Part shown: one piece after another, positions 1-22,206 of the stretch
Layout: every line of letters begins with the position of its first letter
Numbering within the stretch: position 1 is the first letter of the stretch
NCBI RefSeq assembly: GCF_009914755.1
Contig: NC_060931.1
Source: the human T2T-CHM13v2.0 reference genome, Homo sapiens
Length of the DNA stretch: 64,000 nt
Strand: one strand, 5' to 3'
Notes under the pieces: model-generated
Told to the model about the DNA's origin: nothing
Database searches by the model: none
What the model saw: only the letters and a program-made list of their open reading frames with translations
Program-made: the position numbers and the translations under genes

Positions 1-9
1 TTTTCTTAG

Positions 10-76
10 GTGGAGCCATGATGGCAAATTCTTTGCCAGAATGACCCTGGATACGCTTAGCATCTATGAAACTCCT
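10..76 (+). CDS. EIF3B: EIF3B internal coding exon (probably exon 8 of 19): [22 protein letters not shown]
   Basis: ttttcttag acceptor at 1-9, gtaagt donor at 77; peptide recognised as eIF3b beta-propeller; frame continues into the next exon. Confidence 0.95.
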
Positions 77-483
77 GTAAGTGGCCTCAGTGATGGCAAA
101 CGCCCCGTCCGGTCCTTGCTTGTAACCGGGGTGTGGTGCCTTTCCTTATTTGTGCTAGAAGAGGAGGAGGAGGTTTCACAGATGCATAGGAAAGGCCTGT
201 CTCCTGTGCCTTTTTAACTGCCCCTGCTCTGGGCAGAGCTCTTCAGTCACTCCTGCCCACCTGGCGCAGCCGTGGGAAGTCCTGGATGGGAGTTAATGCA
301 GTGGGCTTCAGAACTGCAGTTCTGGGTGGCGGGTGGGTGGATGGGTTCACTGTCACGCTCTGTGTGCACTGCCCCCTAGGCAAACTCACATCAGACTCTT
401 GTTTCCTTTTGTAAAAAGTTAGGTGTGTTTCTGAGACACTGACATGATTTGACTCAACTGCAGCCTTCCTTTTTTTTGGGCAG

Positions 484-530
484 TCTATGGGTCTTTTGGA
501 CAAGAAGAGTTTGAAGATCTCTGGGATAAA
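484..530 (+). CDS. EIF3B: EIF3B coding exon: SMGLLDKKSLKISGI(K)
   Basis: Polypyrimidine tract plus cag (481-483), gtgagt donor at 531; phase-compatible with both neighbours. Confidence 0.95.
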
Positions 531-957
531 GTGAGTATTCTTATCAGTTTGGTGTCTTAGTGTGTTCAGGCTGCTTAACACAATACCAAAAAAAAAAAAA
601 AAACACAATACCATAGGCTGGGTGGCTTATGACAGCTGAGATTTCTTTCTCCCAGTTCTGGAGCTTGGGAGCTTGAGGTCAGGGTGCCTGCAGACTGTCT
701 GGTGACGGCCCACCTCCCTCCTAGTGGACAGCCCCTCGGTCCAGCCTTCCCTGGAGGAAGGCCTCCGTGGCCTCTTCTGTAAAGTCTCTCATCTCATTCC
801 CAAGGGCTTCCCCCTCAGGACCTCCCACCCCCCAAAAGGCCCCACCCCATGCCGTCACCCCAGGGGGTTAGAATTTCACCCTGTGAATCTGGGGGACACA
901 GACGTGGTCCATTGCAGTTGGTTTCCTTTATTTGCTGTCTCTCCTTTAGCACTCAGC

Positions 958-1302
958 TTTTTGTTGTTGTTGTTAGAGACAGAGTCTCGCTCCGTCAGGC
1001 TGGAGTGCAGTGATACGATCTTGGCTCGCTGCAACCTCCACCTCCTGGGTTCAAGTGATTCTTCTGCCTCAACCTCCCGAGTAGCTGGGACTACAGGCAT
1101 GTGCCACCAAGCCCGGCTAATTTTTGTATTTTTAGTAGGGATGGGGTTTCACCATGTTGGCTGGGCTGGTCTCAAACTCCTGACCTTGTGATCTGCCCGC
1201 CTCAGCCTCCCAAAGTGCTGAGATTACAGGCGTGAGCCACCATGCCCAGCCTGTCACTCAGTTCTTAACCAGTTGGAGAGAAAACGGTGAGTTTGTTCTT
1301 TT

Positions 1303-1333
<31 letters not shown>

Positions 1334-1924
1334 GAGGCAGAGTCTTACTCTGTCTTGCAGGCTGGTGTAGAGTGGCGAGATCTTGGCTCACTGCAATTTC
1401 CACCTCCTGGGTTCAAGTGATTCTCCTTGCCTTAGACTCCCAAGTAGCTGGGACTGCAGGTGCCTGCCACCATGCCTAGCTAATTTTTGTATTTTTAGTA
1501 GAGATGGGGTTTCACTGTGTTGGCCATGCTGGTCTCAGAACTCCTGACCTCAAGTGATCTGCCCACCTCAGCCTCCCAAAGTGCTGGGATTACTGGCGTG
1601 AGCCACCACACCCAGCCATTTTTAAATCTTTTTTGAGACAGAGTCTTACTCTGTTGCCCAGGCTGGAGTACAGTGGCGTGATCTCGGCTGACTGCAGCCT
1701 TCACCTCCCAGGTTCAAACGATTCTGGTGCTTCAGTCTCCTGAGTAGCTGGAATTACAGGCGCGCAACCACTACGCCCAGCTAATTTTTTGTATATTTTA
1801 GAAGAGTCGGGGTTTCACCATGTTGGCCAGGCTGGTCTCGAACTCCTGACCTCAAGTGATCCGCCTGCCCGCCTCAGCCTCTCAAAGTGCAGGGATTACA
1901 GGTGTGAGCCACCGCGCCCGGCCT
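958..1924 (-). mobile_element. Three tandem antisense Alus
   Basis: Three T-tail plus dimer units (about 958-1251, 1311-1617, 1620-1924). Confidence 0.92.
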
Positions 1925-2945
1925 AAGGTGAGTTTGTTCTGGACACAAGGATGGAGGCTTGAGTCAGTGGGCAGCAAGGCTGCTCAGCATTGGGCCCGCC
2001 ACCCTTGAGGCACCACTTCAGTGACCCCTTCCCGTGCCTAGAAATGAATTTTCAAGGCCAGAGCCTTGAGTCGGCTTCCTTCCATCTACCTCGTCTTTGA
2101 TCTAGAAACTGAGGAGGGTGGGGTTTCCAGCCTTTTAAGGAAAAGAGGGGACTCTGCTTAGGTGAAAGGTTTTCCTGGTACTCTTCCATCCGAGGCAGGG
2201 TTTGGGGAGCCTTCGGCTCATTTTCACCAGCAAAGAATGGGCACGTTTTTATTTATCGCAAAACTTGGGACTGGTCAGTATCACGGCAGTGAACTTCCAA
2301 CAATCCAAGGACATTGACGTTTCTTCTTTCGTTTTTACATTCTTGGGCAAAATTATGGCTTATAAAATGAAAAGACCAGGACGTTGGTTCTCAAAAAATG
2401 CAAAACAGCACATAGCGTGTATAAAGATGTTTTTCATGTAGGTGAGCTCAGGAGCCGTTCGTTACAGCAGCTCTTCTGTAGAGTAGTTGATAAAGTGGAG
2501 GGAGCTGCCCTTGTTCTTGCTCATTCCTTACACTTGATTTGCCATTTTCCCCATTTGCACCTTAATTAATCTTTAGATGACATGTAGCCAGATCCGTCAG
2601 CCTAAAACTTATTTGCCTCAAAGCAGCAGTGTGCGGTGTCTTAAGAGTGGGCTGACGGAGCCCAGGCTGGAGTCCATATGAGTCTGTGCGTGATGGTGGG
2701 GTTGCTAATATTCTGTCTGCATTCACTCCTTGTCACAGTGAGCACAGTAGTGCCACAGGGTCCTGGCGAGGACCTATGAAGCTGCGCGGCATGCCCAGAG
2801 CAGTGGCTGTGCAGAGGGAGCGCTCAGCGTCAGCTGTGACAGCATTGAGCTTCTATATAGCAAATGAGTTGTTTTATTCTCTTCTGCTTTTCAGTTTCGT
2901 CATCACTTGGTCTTTGCTTTAACATTTTATTTTCCTGTTCTGCAG

Positions 2946-3156
2946 AGACTTTTCTTGGTCTCCTGGTGGTAACATAATCGCCTTCTGGGTGCCTGAAGAC
3001 AAAGATATTCCAGCCAGGGTAACCCTGATGCAGCTCCCTACCAGGCAAGAGATCCGAGTGAGGAACCTGTTCAATGTGGTGGACTGCAAGCTCCATTGGC
3101 AGAAGAACGGAGACTACTTGTGTGTGAAAGTAGATAGGACTCCGAAAGGCACCCAG
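2946..3156 (+). CDS. EIF3B: EIF3B coding exon: [25 protein letters not shown]...DRTPKGTQ
   Basis: ttctgcag acceptor, gtatgt donor; overlaps ORF 2989..3204. Confidence 0.97.
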
Positions 3157-3239
3157 GTATGTAGATTCCCACAGGAACTGACGATTCCTTATCCTGAGCT
3201 CTGAAGTGGCCACCGTATTGTTTGGAGGGTGTTAATGGA

Positions 3240-5690
<2,451 letters not shown>

Positions 5691-6141
5691 GATTGAGCCT
5701 GTGTTCTTGTTTGGCTTTTTGTTTTGCCATGGAGAAAAGGAGGAAGGAAGGGTTAAAAATAGGTGAGAAAATGGGAAACATGGCCGCCCTTCCAGGCAGG
5801 GAGACCGGAGGTCAGGATCCCACTGTAGGTGCACACTGGGTGCGAGGGAAGCGGCATCCACAGCTACTGACAATGTCGGGCTCCTGCGGTCCTGCTGTGG
5901 GTGTCCTGCTCTCAGGAAGGGAGCAGTTTCACGTAGGTCACTCCACACAAGTGGAAGCAGCTGTCTCTGAAACTCCAGGAATGTGCACCTTTCCTGCTGT
6001 TGCTTGCTCTCCCGTCCTTTTAATGAACTTTTACACGTCGGGGGATATTTCTCTGTGGTTGAATAGTGAACATTTTAACTGATCAAGAGCACTATGTTCT
6101 GAATTGACCAAAAAGGGAGGGGTCTGTTTTGTGCATTTTAG

Positions 6142-6264
6142 AAACCATCATAGCCTTTGCCTGGGAACCAAATGGAAGTAAGTTTGCTGTGCTGCACGGA
6201 GAGGCTCCGCGGATATCTGTGTCTTTCTACCACGTCAAAAACAACGGGAAGATTGAACTCATCA
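6142..6264 (+). CDS. EIF3B: EIF3B coding exon: (E)[40 protein letters not shown]
   Basis: ttttag acceptor, gtaagt donor at 6265; WD-like FAWEP motif. Confidence 0.96.
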
Positions 6265-7996
6265 GTAAGTAACCTGGTCCCTTTCCTCTTCTGAGTAGGT
6301 CAGCACAGATGATGACCCAGTCGCTGCCCAACAGTGAGCATTTGACTGGCCTAGGACCACTGCTGGGCAGGCCGGGACTCGCCTATGAATGGGGTGTGGG
6401 CTCGGCTGATGGAAGTGAGCGATGGCCTGGAGGTGCCGCCTCCTTGCAGGGTGTCTCTCTGAGCCCCGTTGGGCCCTCACGTTTAAGCGAGTATTTCCAA
6501 GGCTTCCATTCTCTGCCATCATCTCAAGTGAAGCTTTTTCTCTTCTGGCTGTAGCTGCTGTCCCTGGGCTTGGGGTCACTTCCTGTGGACATACTCCTGC
6601 CAGTCCCCAGTCTGGGTCAGGTGCCTTTGACCAGGGTGCGCAGAGCTGTTGCACACAGCTGTACTCTGCCCCCGTGCACCCGGTTCCAGGGGTGCCACAC
6701 TGCACCCACCTGGGGCTCGCTCCTCACAGTGGTGCGTGGGCCCTCGCCTGTCTCACGGCACCTGCTGCCTGTGCCCTCAGCTCCTCACTTCATCCTGGGG
6801 TCTCTGCTCAGCACAGAGCCCGGTGCCCGCGGGGATTGAATGAGCCATTGCTTGTTGCTTCATAGGCGTGGGGTGTGTGTGTGTGGTAGCCAGGAGGTGG
6901 CGATGGGCTGTGTTCCTCACACAGGACTCTGGCTGCCAGCTGCCCTCCTGCAGAGCCATGGGTTTGGCCCTGTACCAGGAAGGGGTTGGAATCTCCTGGC
7001 CGCACCTTTCGCAGCATGATTCTGTGAGGAGTTTAGTTTTCACTTTGCTAGAGCTTGGCAGGGTGCGTGGTGCCCTCAGTTGGCAGTGGATTACAAGATT
7101 GGCTGTTTCATTAATTCTGGTTGATAGAAACATATGGGCAATTGCAGACTGTCCAGAGACTTTTGTAAGTCTTCTAGGTCATAAAACATAGGCAAGCAGA
7201 GGCACCTTGTACCTTCCAAACATGCTGCGTGACACGCCTCTCCTGAGGTTTGGCATGGACGCTGGGGCCACCGCATGGGCTCCATCCCATGCCCGTGGCT
7301 GTTGGGGTTTTCGCTTGTGCAAGTCTGAGACCCCTGCCCCTGCCAGGGTGCACTGCCCTCCCACATCTCCTCCCCTCCTCCCCACGTCAGCCTGCCCCAT
7401 GCCTCTTTTTTGGATGTACCACAGGCTGAGGGGAGAGAGGCCACAGGTTGTCAGCTCTGTTTGAGATGCAGGGAGCATATGCTCTGAGGGGGACTTGAGC
7501 CAGCCCCAGCTGGCCTTCACTTCTCACTGTTCCAGCGGCTCTGCCCGAGATCCATTCCGGAAGTAAGAGTTAGTACCTGCAAAGATGATGACTGTAGTCA
7601 GTTTCAACAAGCATACAGCTTATCCAAAGACGCCTTGTCGCTAGGAGAGTGGCTTTGGTCTTTTGGGGTCACACGTCTCTGACATCTCTCTGTTGGGGTC
7701 CCTGCAGCAGTGAACATTTGCTGTAAAGGGAATTCTTTGTCCAGTTACCTCAGGAAATAAGATAGTATTGTTTTGAAATACTCCTGTCGCATCTTCTTTT
7801 TTTTCCCATTTAAAGTATGGATCATGACTTAGGGGGTACTTGGCGATGGACTTTGTAAAATTGTTTTCCGAGGTGGTCCAGCATTACCAGCTCTGCCCTC
7901 ATGGGCAGCATGAGCACGGCCAAGTCCTCCAGCCTTGGCTGCCCCGGCACTGTGGAAGCCCTCGCAGCTCGTGACGGGCGCGCTCTTTCCTTTCAG

Positions 7997-8075
7997 AGAT
8001 GTTCGACAAGCAGCAGGCGAACACCATCTTCTGGAGCCCCCAAGGACAGTTCGTGGTGTTGGCGGGCCTGAGGAG
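7997..8075 (+). CDS. EIF3B: EIF3B coding exon: (K)[25 protein letters not shown]
   Basis: ctttcctttcag acceptor, gtaggt donor at 8076; WSPxG repeat motif. Confidence 0.96.
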
Positions 8076-8857
8076 GTAGGTGTCTGCGCTCTGAGCCTGT
8101 CCGCCCTGTGAGTAGCGCTCTGCTGTGGCAGAGACCCCTCAGGCGCCTGCACCCGGCTTCTTGGTAGAGAGAGTATTGTGCGCTGAAAGGGTTGCCCCGG
8201 TGTCAGTGGATAGGACTTCATTGAACCTCTGCAGACCCACGGTACTCCAGGACTCAGGCCAAGCCCGCACAGAGTGAAATAAGCGCTCCCAGATGCTTTC
8301 GTGAAGTGACCAGGCAGACCCGTCTGCGGGTTGTGGTTCTCTGTGGTTAAACAAGTGCCTTCCAGCCATCCAGTAACCTCCCCCCGGGGGTCAGTCCCTT
8401 GTCTTCTAGTGGGAAGGGTATTCGTTACACAGCTGTGAGGCTGCCTTACCTTTGTGGTTGGTGTCACGGTGTCGGTCTCAGCTGTGTTCCAGCAGTGTGT
8501 CGAAATCATGGAGAAGCTTCCAGCTTTCTGCTCTGAGTTAAAAGAATACCCTTTTGTTGCTGCTCTCCCTTGCTTCATTGTCCACACTTGCTACTGTATT
8601 TTTGGAGGCTTACTTAGCCTCAGATAACATTTCCAGTAAAAATAATATGATGGCAGTCGTATGTAATACTCACTGCACACTCTGCATCTGTGATTTGGTA
8701 AGTCTCACAGCGGCCACCAGAGGCTGTTGCTGTGCTTGTTTCCATGTTAACGCCGAGGCTGGCTCCCTGGGGACCCCATGCCGCAGCACCTCTCAGGAGT
8801 GGGATGCCAGGAGGTATGCGTCTCCATGAAGCCTGACGGTCCTGTCTGTCTTTGCAG

Positions 8858-8996
8858 TATGAACGGTGCCTTAGCGTTTGTGGACACTTCGGACTGCACG
8901 GTCATGAACATCGCAGAGCACTACATGGCTTCCGACGTCGAATGGGATCCTACTGGGCGCTACGTCGTCACCTCTGTGTCCTGGTGGAGCCATAAG
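8858..8996 (+). CDS. EIF3B: EIF3B coding exon: (S)[46 protein letters not shown]
   Basis: tttgcag acceptor, gtgcag donor at 8997; lies within ORF 8778..9017. Confidence 0.96.
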
Positions 8997-9969
8997 GTGC
9001 AGGCCTGTGGGGCATAGTTTTGACTGTGGATAGAAGCAGGGAGTGCTGGCTAGCTGCTGACTCTGGTGCTGTCCTGGGACCTCAGGGAAGGGGCACCAAG
9101 CCTCTGTGTTGAACAGAAGCCTTGGCTGGTGTTAGTGGCAGGAGGAGGAGGATTCTGGGTTGTAGAAGAGGTGGCGCCGAGTGCAGGAGCAGCCCCTGCT
9201 CATGGTTGCGGGGAGGTGGGGGGTCTTACCCTGGGCCCAGGGACCCCTGAAAAGGAGTGAGAATGTCTGCAGAGAGGAGTCGTTTCCTTTGAAGTCTGAA
9301 CAGAGTTCCATAACCGCAGACATTAAGATCTGTTTTGGGGTCAGTGGTTGAGTCCAGCTGCCGCGTTACCCACAACTCGTATTCCAAAACTGCTGGTTAA
9401 GTTTGTCAAGGACTTTCAGTATTTAGTGACTTGTAAAAACATTGATGGAGGCACTGATACTTGAACTAGTCCATGCCAATAGAGCCTGTGAAACCAAACG
9501 CGGGTAATTTTGTTTAATGAGATACAGAATTTGTAGGAATATCAACTTCCCAAATGTTACTGCAAGTGTCTAGAGTTAGAAATCTTCGCATTCGAATCAG
9601 GATATGTTGATCACAGCCTGTGTCCAGGTACGTTCAGATGTCACTGCGGTGGGGCCTGCCTTGACACTTGAAATCACTTTAGGCCAGGCACAGTGGCTCA
9701 CACCTGTAATCCCAGCACTTCAGGAGGCAGAGGTAGAAAAATCACTTGAACCCAGGAGTTTGAGACTAGCCTGAGCAACATAGCGAAACCCTAGCCCCAT
9801 TAAAAAAAAAAAAAAAAAAAGACTTTTTAAGCTGTTGACCACTCTCCTTGAGTTATGAACACTTAGCTTCCAAAATGCCGGCCTGCAACAAGGAGTTTAT
9901 GCTGAGTGCCAGTGAAGGCGCCCTCCTTCATGAGAGAGGCCTGCCATGAGGAGAGCGGAACTAGGCGGC

Positions 9970-10160
9970 GTGTAGTGATGCAGTTAGCTTACATCCAGCA
10001 CAGGGCTCCGCACAGCTCACACCCGGCCCAGGGCTTAGCAGTGAGTAGTGCTATGCAGTTAGCTTACGTTTGGCACAGGGTTCAGTCCAGTTTAAATCCA
10101 GCACGGGGTTCAGCGGCGCAGTAGTGAGGCAGTTAGCTTACATCCAGCATGGGGTTCTTA
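9970..10160. repeat. Degenerate tandem repeat, 3 copies, period about 72-76 bp, core gtagtg..gcagttagcttac
   Basis: gcagttagcttac recurs at about 9980, 10055 and 10129 with similar flanks. Confidence 0.75.
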
Positions 10161-10417
10161 TTGCCAGCCAGAATGTGCAGGCCTGTGCTGTGATGAGCGC
10201 TGCTCCAGCTGCTCCGTGCCCCGCACTCCGGGTCGGTTGCATAATGGAGGTGTCTTGCATTGACTGCCCACCTACCCTGCTGTCAGCTCAGCACAGGCAG
10301 AGCTTTGTTTGCTTCACACGTGTCCCCGATACCCAGGACCTTGTTCAGCAAGTGACATAGTCACGGTTGTGGCTCTCTGACCCCTCTGTGTCCTGGTGTG
10401 TCCCTGCCCTGGCCTAG

Positions 10418-10543
10418 GTGGACAACGCGTACTGGCTGTGGACTTTCCAGGGACGCCTCCTGCAGAAGAACAACAAGGACCGCTTCTGCCAGCTGCTGTG
10501 GCGGCCCCGGCCTCCCACACTCCTGAGCCAGGAACAGATCAAG
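10418..10543 (+). CDS. EIF3B: EIF3B coding exon: [42 protein letters not shown]
   Basis: cctag acceptor, gtcagc donor at 10544; conserved WRPRP motif. Confidence 0.96.
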
Positions 10544-10934
10544 GTCAGCATGCCCCCACCCCCGGGTGCAGGGCACATGGAGGCAATTGTGGCGTTGAAA
10601 AGGTGTCAGTTTTTTCTGTTATTGTTAGGGTGGTGACTGGGGGATAAAAACGTGGCATTTGCAAGGATTCTTTGAAGAGACGCAGGAACAGTGAGAACTG
10701 AATGGAATAGAACAGCTTTAGGATAGTAACTTGAGGCTTTCAGCTTCTTTAGGGAAGTTTTGCATGAACCCGAGGGGTGGATAAAAAGATGCCAGGGCCA
10801 TTAAAAAGTCCTGCTGGGATTAGAAGCGGCTTGTCTGGGATTTACATTATTGTGGTAAAATAGGCCGTTGGTCTTAGGTCAGAGCAAAGAGGAGGGTTAA
10901 ATCCCAGGGAGAAAGTCCGTCTCAAAGTGAAAGA

Positions 10935-12014
10935 TGGAGGAAGGAGCAGGCACGAGCGCTCCTGGGATGCTGTGTTGTGTGAATGACCCTGGGTGTCAAG
11001 GAGGAAGGAGCAGGCGCGAGCGCTCCTGGGATGCTGTGTTCTGTGAATGACCCTGGGTGTCATGGAGGAAGGAGCAGGCGCGAGCGCTCCTGGGAATCCG
11101 TGTTCTGTGAATGACCCTGGGTGTCATGGAGGAAGGAGCAGGCGCGAGCTCTTCTGGGAATCCGTGTTGTGTGAATGACCCTGGGTGTCATGGAGGAAGG
11201 AGCAGGCGCGAGCGCTCCTGGGATGCTGTGTTCTGTGAATGACCCTGGGTGTCATGGAGGAAGGAGCAGGCGCGAGCTCTCCTGGGAATCCGTGTTCTGT
11301 GAATGACCCTGGGTGTCATGGAGGAAGGAGCAGGCGCGAGCGCTCCTGGGATGCTGTGTTCTGTGAATGACCCTGGGTGTCATGGAGGAAGGAGCAGGCG
11401 CGAGCTCTCCTGGGAATCCGTGTTCTGTGAATGACCCTGGGTGTCATGGAGGAAGGAGCAGGCGCGAGCGCTCCTGGGATGCTGTGTTCTGTGAATGACC
11501 CTGGGTGTCATGGAGGAAGGAGCAGGCGCGAGCTCTCCTGGGAATCCGTGTTCTGTGAATGACCCTGGGTGTCATGGAGGAAGGAGCAGGCGTGAGCTCT
11601 TCTGGGAATCCGTGTTCTGTGAATGACCCTGGGTGTCAAGGAGGAAGGAGCAGGCGCGAGCGCTCCTGGGAAGCCGTGTTGTGTGAATGACCCTGGGTGT
11701 CGAGGAAGGAGAAGGCGCGAGCACTGCTGGGATGCTGTGTTGTGTGAATGACCCTCGGTGTCATGGAGGAAGGAACAGGCGAGCGTTCCTGGGATGCTGT
11801 GTTGTGTGAATGACCCTTGGTGTCATGGAGGAAGGAACAGGCGAGCGCTCCTGGGATGCTGTGTTGTGTGAATGACCCTGGGTGTCATGGAGGAAGGAGC
11901 AGGCGCGAGCGCTCCTGGGAAGCTGTGTTGTGTGAATGACCCTGGGTGTCATGGAGAAAGGAGCATGCGAGCGCTCCTGGGAAGCTGTGTTCTGTGAATG
12001 GCTTTGGGTGTCAT
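10935..12014. repeat. 64-bp minisatellite (VNTR), about 17 copies, in an EIF3B intron
   Basis: Unit tggaggaaggagcaggcgcgagcgctcctgggatgctgtgttctgtgaatgaccctgggtgtca starts at 10935, 10999, 11063, 11127, 11191 and onward. Confidence 0.97.
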
Positions 12015-12095
12015 GTCATGTTGGCAACTCTGAAGATTGCATTTGTGCTTGTTGCTTTGAATGTTAAATCCTGAGTGATGGGTCTTTTGTTTCAG

Positions 12096-12173
12096 CAAAT
12101 TAAAAAGGATCTGAAGAAATACTCTAAGATCTTTGAACAGAAGGATCGTTTGAGTCAGTCCAAAGCCTCAAAG
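12096..12173 (+). CDS. EIF3B: EIF3B coding exon: [26 protein letters not shown]
   Basis: ttttgtttcag acceptor, gtgagc donor at 12174. Confidence 0.96.
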
Positions 12174-12540
12174 GTGAGCCTCATTCCCAAAATGAGGGCT
12201 GTGCTGTGACATCCGCCATCATGGCAAAGGCGGGGCTGCGGGGAGCTGCTGTGTATGTGCTCAGAGTTGCCTCTGCTCCGAAGACACTGGTTCTGTTCCC
12301 CCCCAGGAGGGATGCACTGGGGAACTGGGGTTGGCACGGGGACTTGGAGTTGGTGACCTCACTGCTGCCTTGTGGGTGGGGGGCAGCGTTGGGGGAAAAG
12401 TGAGAATGAATGGACTGGCCATTCCTGCTTGAGTGCCTCTGTATGCTGTCCTTCTGGCACCGTCCGCCTGGGTGTGGGCTCTTCGCGATGGGGAGGCACT
12501 TGTCTTACCAGTTCTGTGCTTTCCCCAACCTCATGCATAG

Positions 12541-12904
<364 letters not shown>

Positions 12905-13610
12905 CCTGGAGCACTGTGGTGAGCGTCTGCAGGGGGCGCGATGGGGGTCCTGTTGGCTGCTCATGCTGCTTCAGTTATCCCCGTCACTGAGGAAGCACCT
13001 CCTTTAAGGCAGGGGTGAAGGGTGAAGCCCTAGTGTCATGTGCCCAGGGTTAGCTGAGCCTCGTGTGAAATGTAGAGTCGGTGCCGACGTGGCCTCGACT
13101 GCGCCCTCTGACCACATTGCAGATGGCGCCTTTCAGGCAGTGCTGGGTGAGGGAGGAGCTGTGGCCAGGTGTTGGGAAGTGCCAGGAAGAGGAGGGTGGC
13201 CATGCCTGGCCATTTCCTGATACCTGTGCTAGTGACGGCCGCGGTGTGTCCACTGGAAAGAAACACTGGCGTGCACGGCTGTGACTCTGGTTTCAGCAGT
13301 TCTGAGACAAGAGCCTTCCAAGTCGGGGGCTGGGGAGCAGAGTGCGGGAGCTCCTGAGTCCTGGGGGCCTCCGCGCCTCACAGCATGGGCACATGTGGGA
13401 CAGAAGGCCTAATGGGGTGCCTGAGGGTGGCCTGGTTGCTGTCCCCCCAGGGTGGGACCATGAGCGAGTAGGGGTGGCACACGGGCTCAGCTCTCTGTGG
13501 CCGGGGTGGCTCCTCTTGCGGGACTCAACGTCAGCCCCAAGGCGATGTTCAGGGGGTCCCTCAGCCTTTTGAGGTGGTGCCGTTTAGGGCCGCCATGCCT
13601 GTCTATCCAG

Positions 13611-14150
13611 GGGACGGACTCCGCCTGCTGTTCCCGCGCTGAGCTACAGGACTCCCGAGTGTGAGCCGCGGTTCCTCTGTTGCAGCGCAGCCGTGTGTGC
13701 TGTGGAGCCGAGGCCGTCCTGCAGGAAGCCGCGTGACTCCCGCCTCCTCCCTGTGCTCTCTGGCTCTGGACTGTGACTGCGCCTGGATTCTGCCATTGCG
13801 ACACATTTTTGTGCCTTTCAGCCCCTGGTGTCTGCAGTGGGGGATTTAAGGCACCCGCTTCCACTTCTTTCTTGTTTGGAGTTTTCTGTTGGAACCGCTG
13901 GCGTTGGCTCCGAAGACTTAGCGACGCCACTGGCGGCACCTTCTCCTGCGCCCAGTGATGTTTCCACGGTGCCTGTACACAGCCGAGCAGCATTTCCGTT
14001 GAAGGACTTGCATCCCCATTGCGGGCAGTGCTGGACGTGTCCCGGAGACCCACCGGGAGGGCGCCGCCATGCCTTGTACCCCCACCGTGCAGGTTGTGGC
14101 CGGTTTTCTCCGCAGGTTGAACATGGAAATAAAAGCAAACTTGTATGAAA
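13611..14150 (+). other. EIF3B: EIF3B terminal non-coding exon (3'UTR)
   Basis: gtctatccag acceptor ending 13610 (a second possible acceptor, ctacag, ends 13649); AATAAA at 14128; 3' end is approximate. Confidence 0.8.
14128..14133 (+). terminator. EIF3B polyadenylation signal AATAAA
   Basis: Canonical hexamer followed about 25 nt later by a U-rich tract (gtctttctcctctctttg). Confidence 0.85.
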
Positions 14151-14449
14151 AACCGGTCTTTCTCCTCTCTTTGAATGTAGATAGAGACCTTGAACTTGGT
14201 GCCTGCCTCCCTCCCCAGTGGCAAGGGCCTGCTTGCCAAGCCAGACCTCTGCAGGGCGCTGTCCCGTCCGGTCGTCACGCACACTCGGCCACCCTGTGTC
14301 CAGCGATGCACTAGTCATGCCACAGTCTCTTCTGTTGCGTTGTTTTCTGTGAAAGATGCTGGTCATTTTCCCTGGTGAGAACCCTGTGACTTTTCCTTGG
14401 AGTTAGACACATTGGGAAACTTGTATTGAGAATGGTCAGTTCTGCCCGT

Positions 14450-16702
<2,253 letters not shown>

Positions 16703-17172
16703 TCAAGGGAAAAGCTCCAGGGCCATCCTGGTTTCTGTGTGAGGGGCCCTGAGGTGGGCAGCGCCTCTCCTGGGCTCAAGGTGGTAGAGGGACCCACCCT
16801 GCAAAGAAGAGGGGCAGCCCCTCCACCTGTGTCCTGGTGGGTGTCAGGCTGGCTCATGTGCACCGGGTGAGGCACATGGAAACCGGGGGTTGCCATAGTG
16901 AGGGTGGAGATAGAGGCTGCTGTAGCGTCTGGCGCTGTCCCTGTGTGCCAAGGTGATCGAGAGGGCCACCCTGCTCCTTGAGGCCCCAACCACATGAGTG
17001 GTGCCAGCCCGGCTCCCCAAGGCCCAGCTGATGTCACCTAGGCAGAGCAGAGCGGGGCTGAGCGCAGGCAGGTCTCATCTCTGCTGTGATAGCAGGGAGC
17101 GCATCCCGCTGCCCATACCCTCCTGCCAGGCTGCAGGTCCCTCCCCGGCCCGGGGCAGCCCGGCGTTGAGAG

Positions 17173-22079
<4,907 letters not shown>

Positions 22080-22206
22080 GTCTCCACCTGCCCCTGCCAT
22101 CCCTGCGTCCTCCTGTGGGGCTGGAGTCCCCTGGTGAGGACATGGTGGCCGGGCAGTCTCGGCCCCGTCTTCTCACAGGGGTCTCCCTGAGGACAAGGAG
22201 ACTGTG

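Noticed and set aside
7829-8587. 252-aa antisense ORF across an EIF3B exon
   Set aside because: No homology recognised, non-ATG start as listed, no supporting splice or promoter signals.
10935-12014. CRISPR-like appearance of the hairpin-bearing tandem arrays
   Set aside because: Head-to-tail units with no unique spacers, no cas genes, mammalian context.
12919-13610. Possible intronic snoRNA or miRNA in the EIF3B 3'UTR intron
   Set aside because: No convincing C/D or H/ACA boxes or clean hairpin by eye; an Rfam/Infernal search would settle it.
13487-14311. 274-aa antisense ORF over the EIF3B 3'UTR
   Set aside because: GC-rich, no recognisable domain or promoter; several other ORFs overlap it, as expected by chance.
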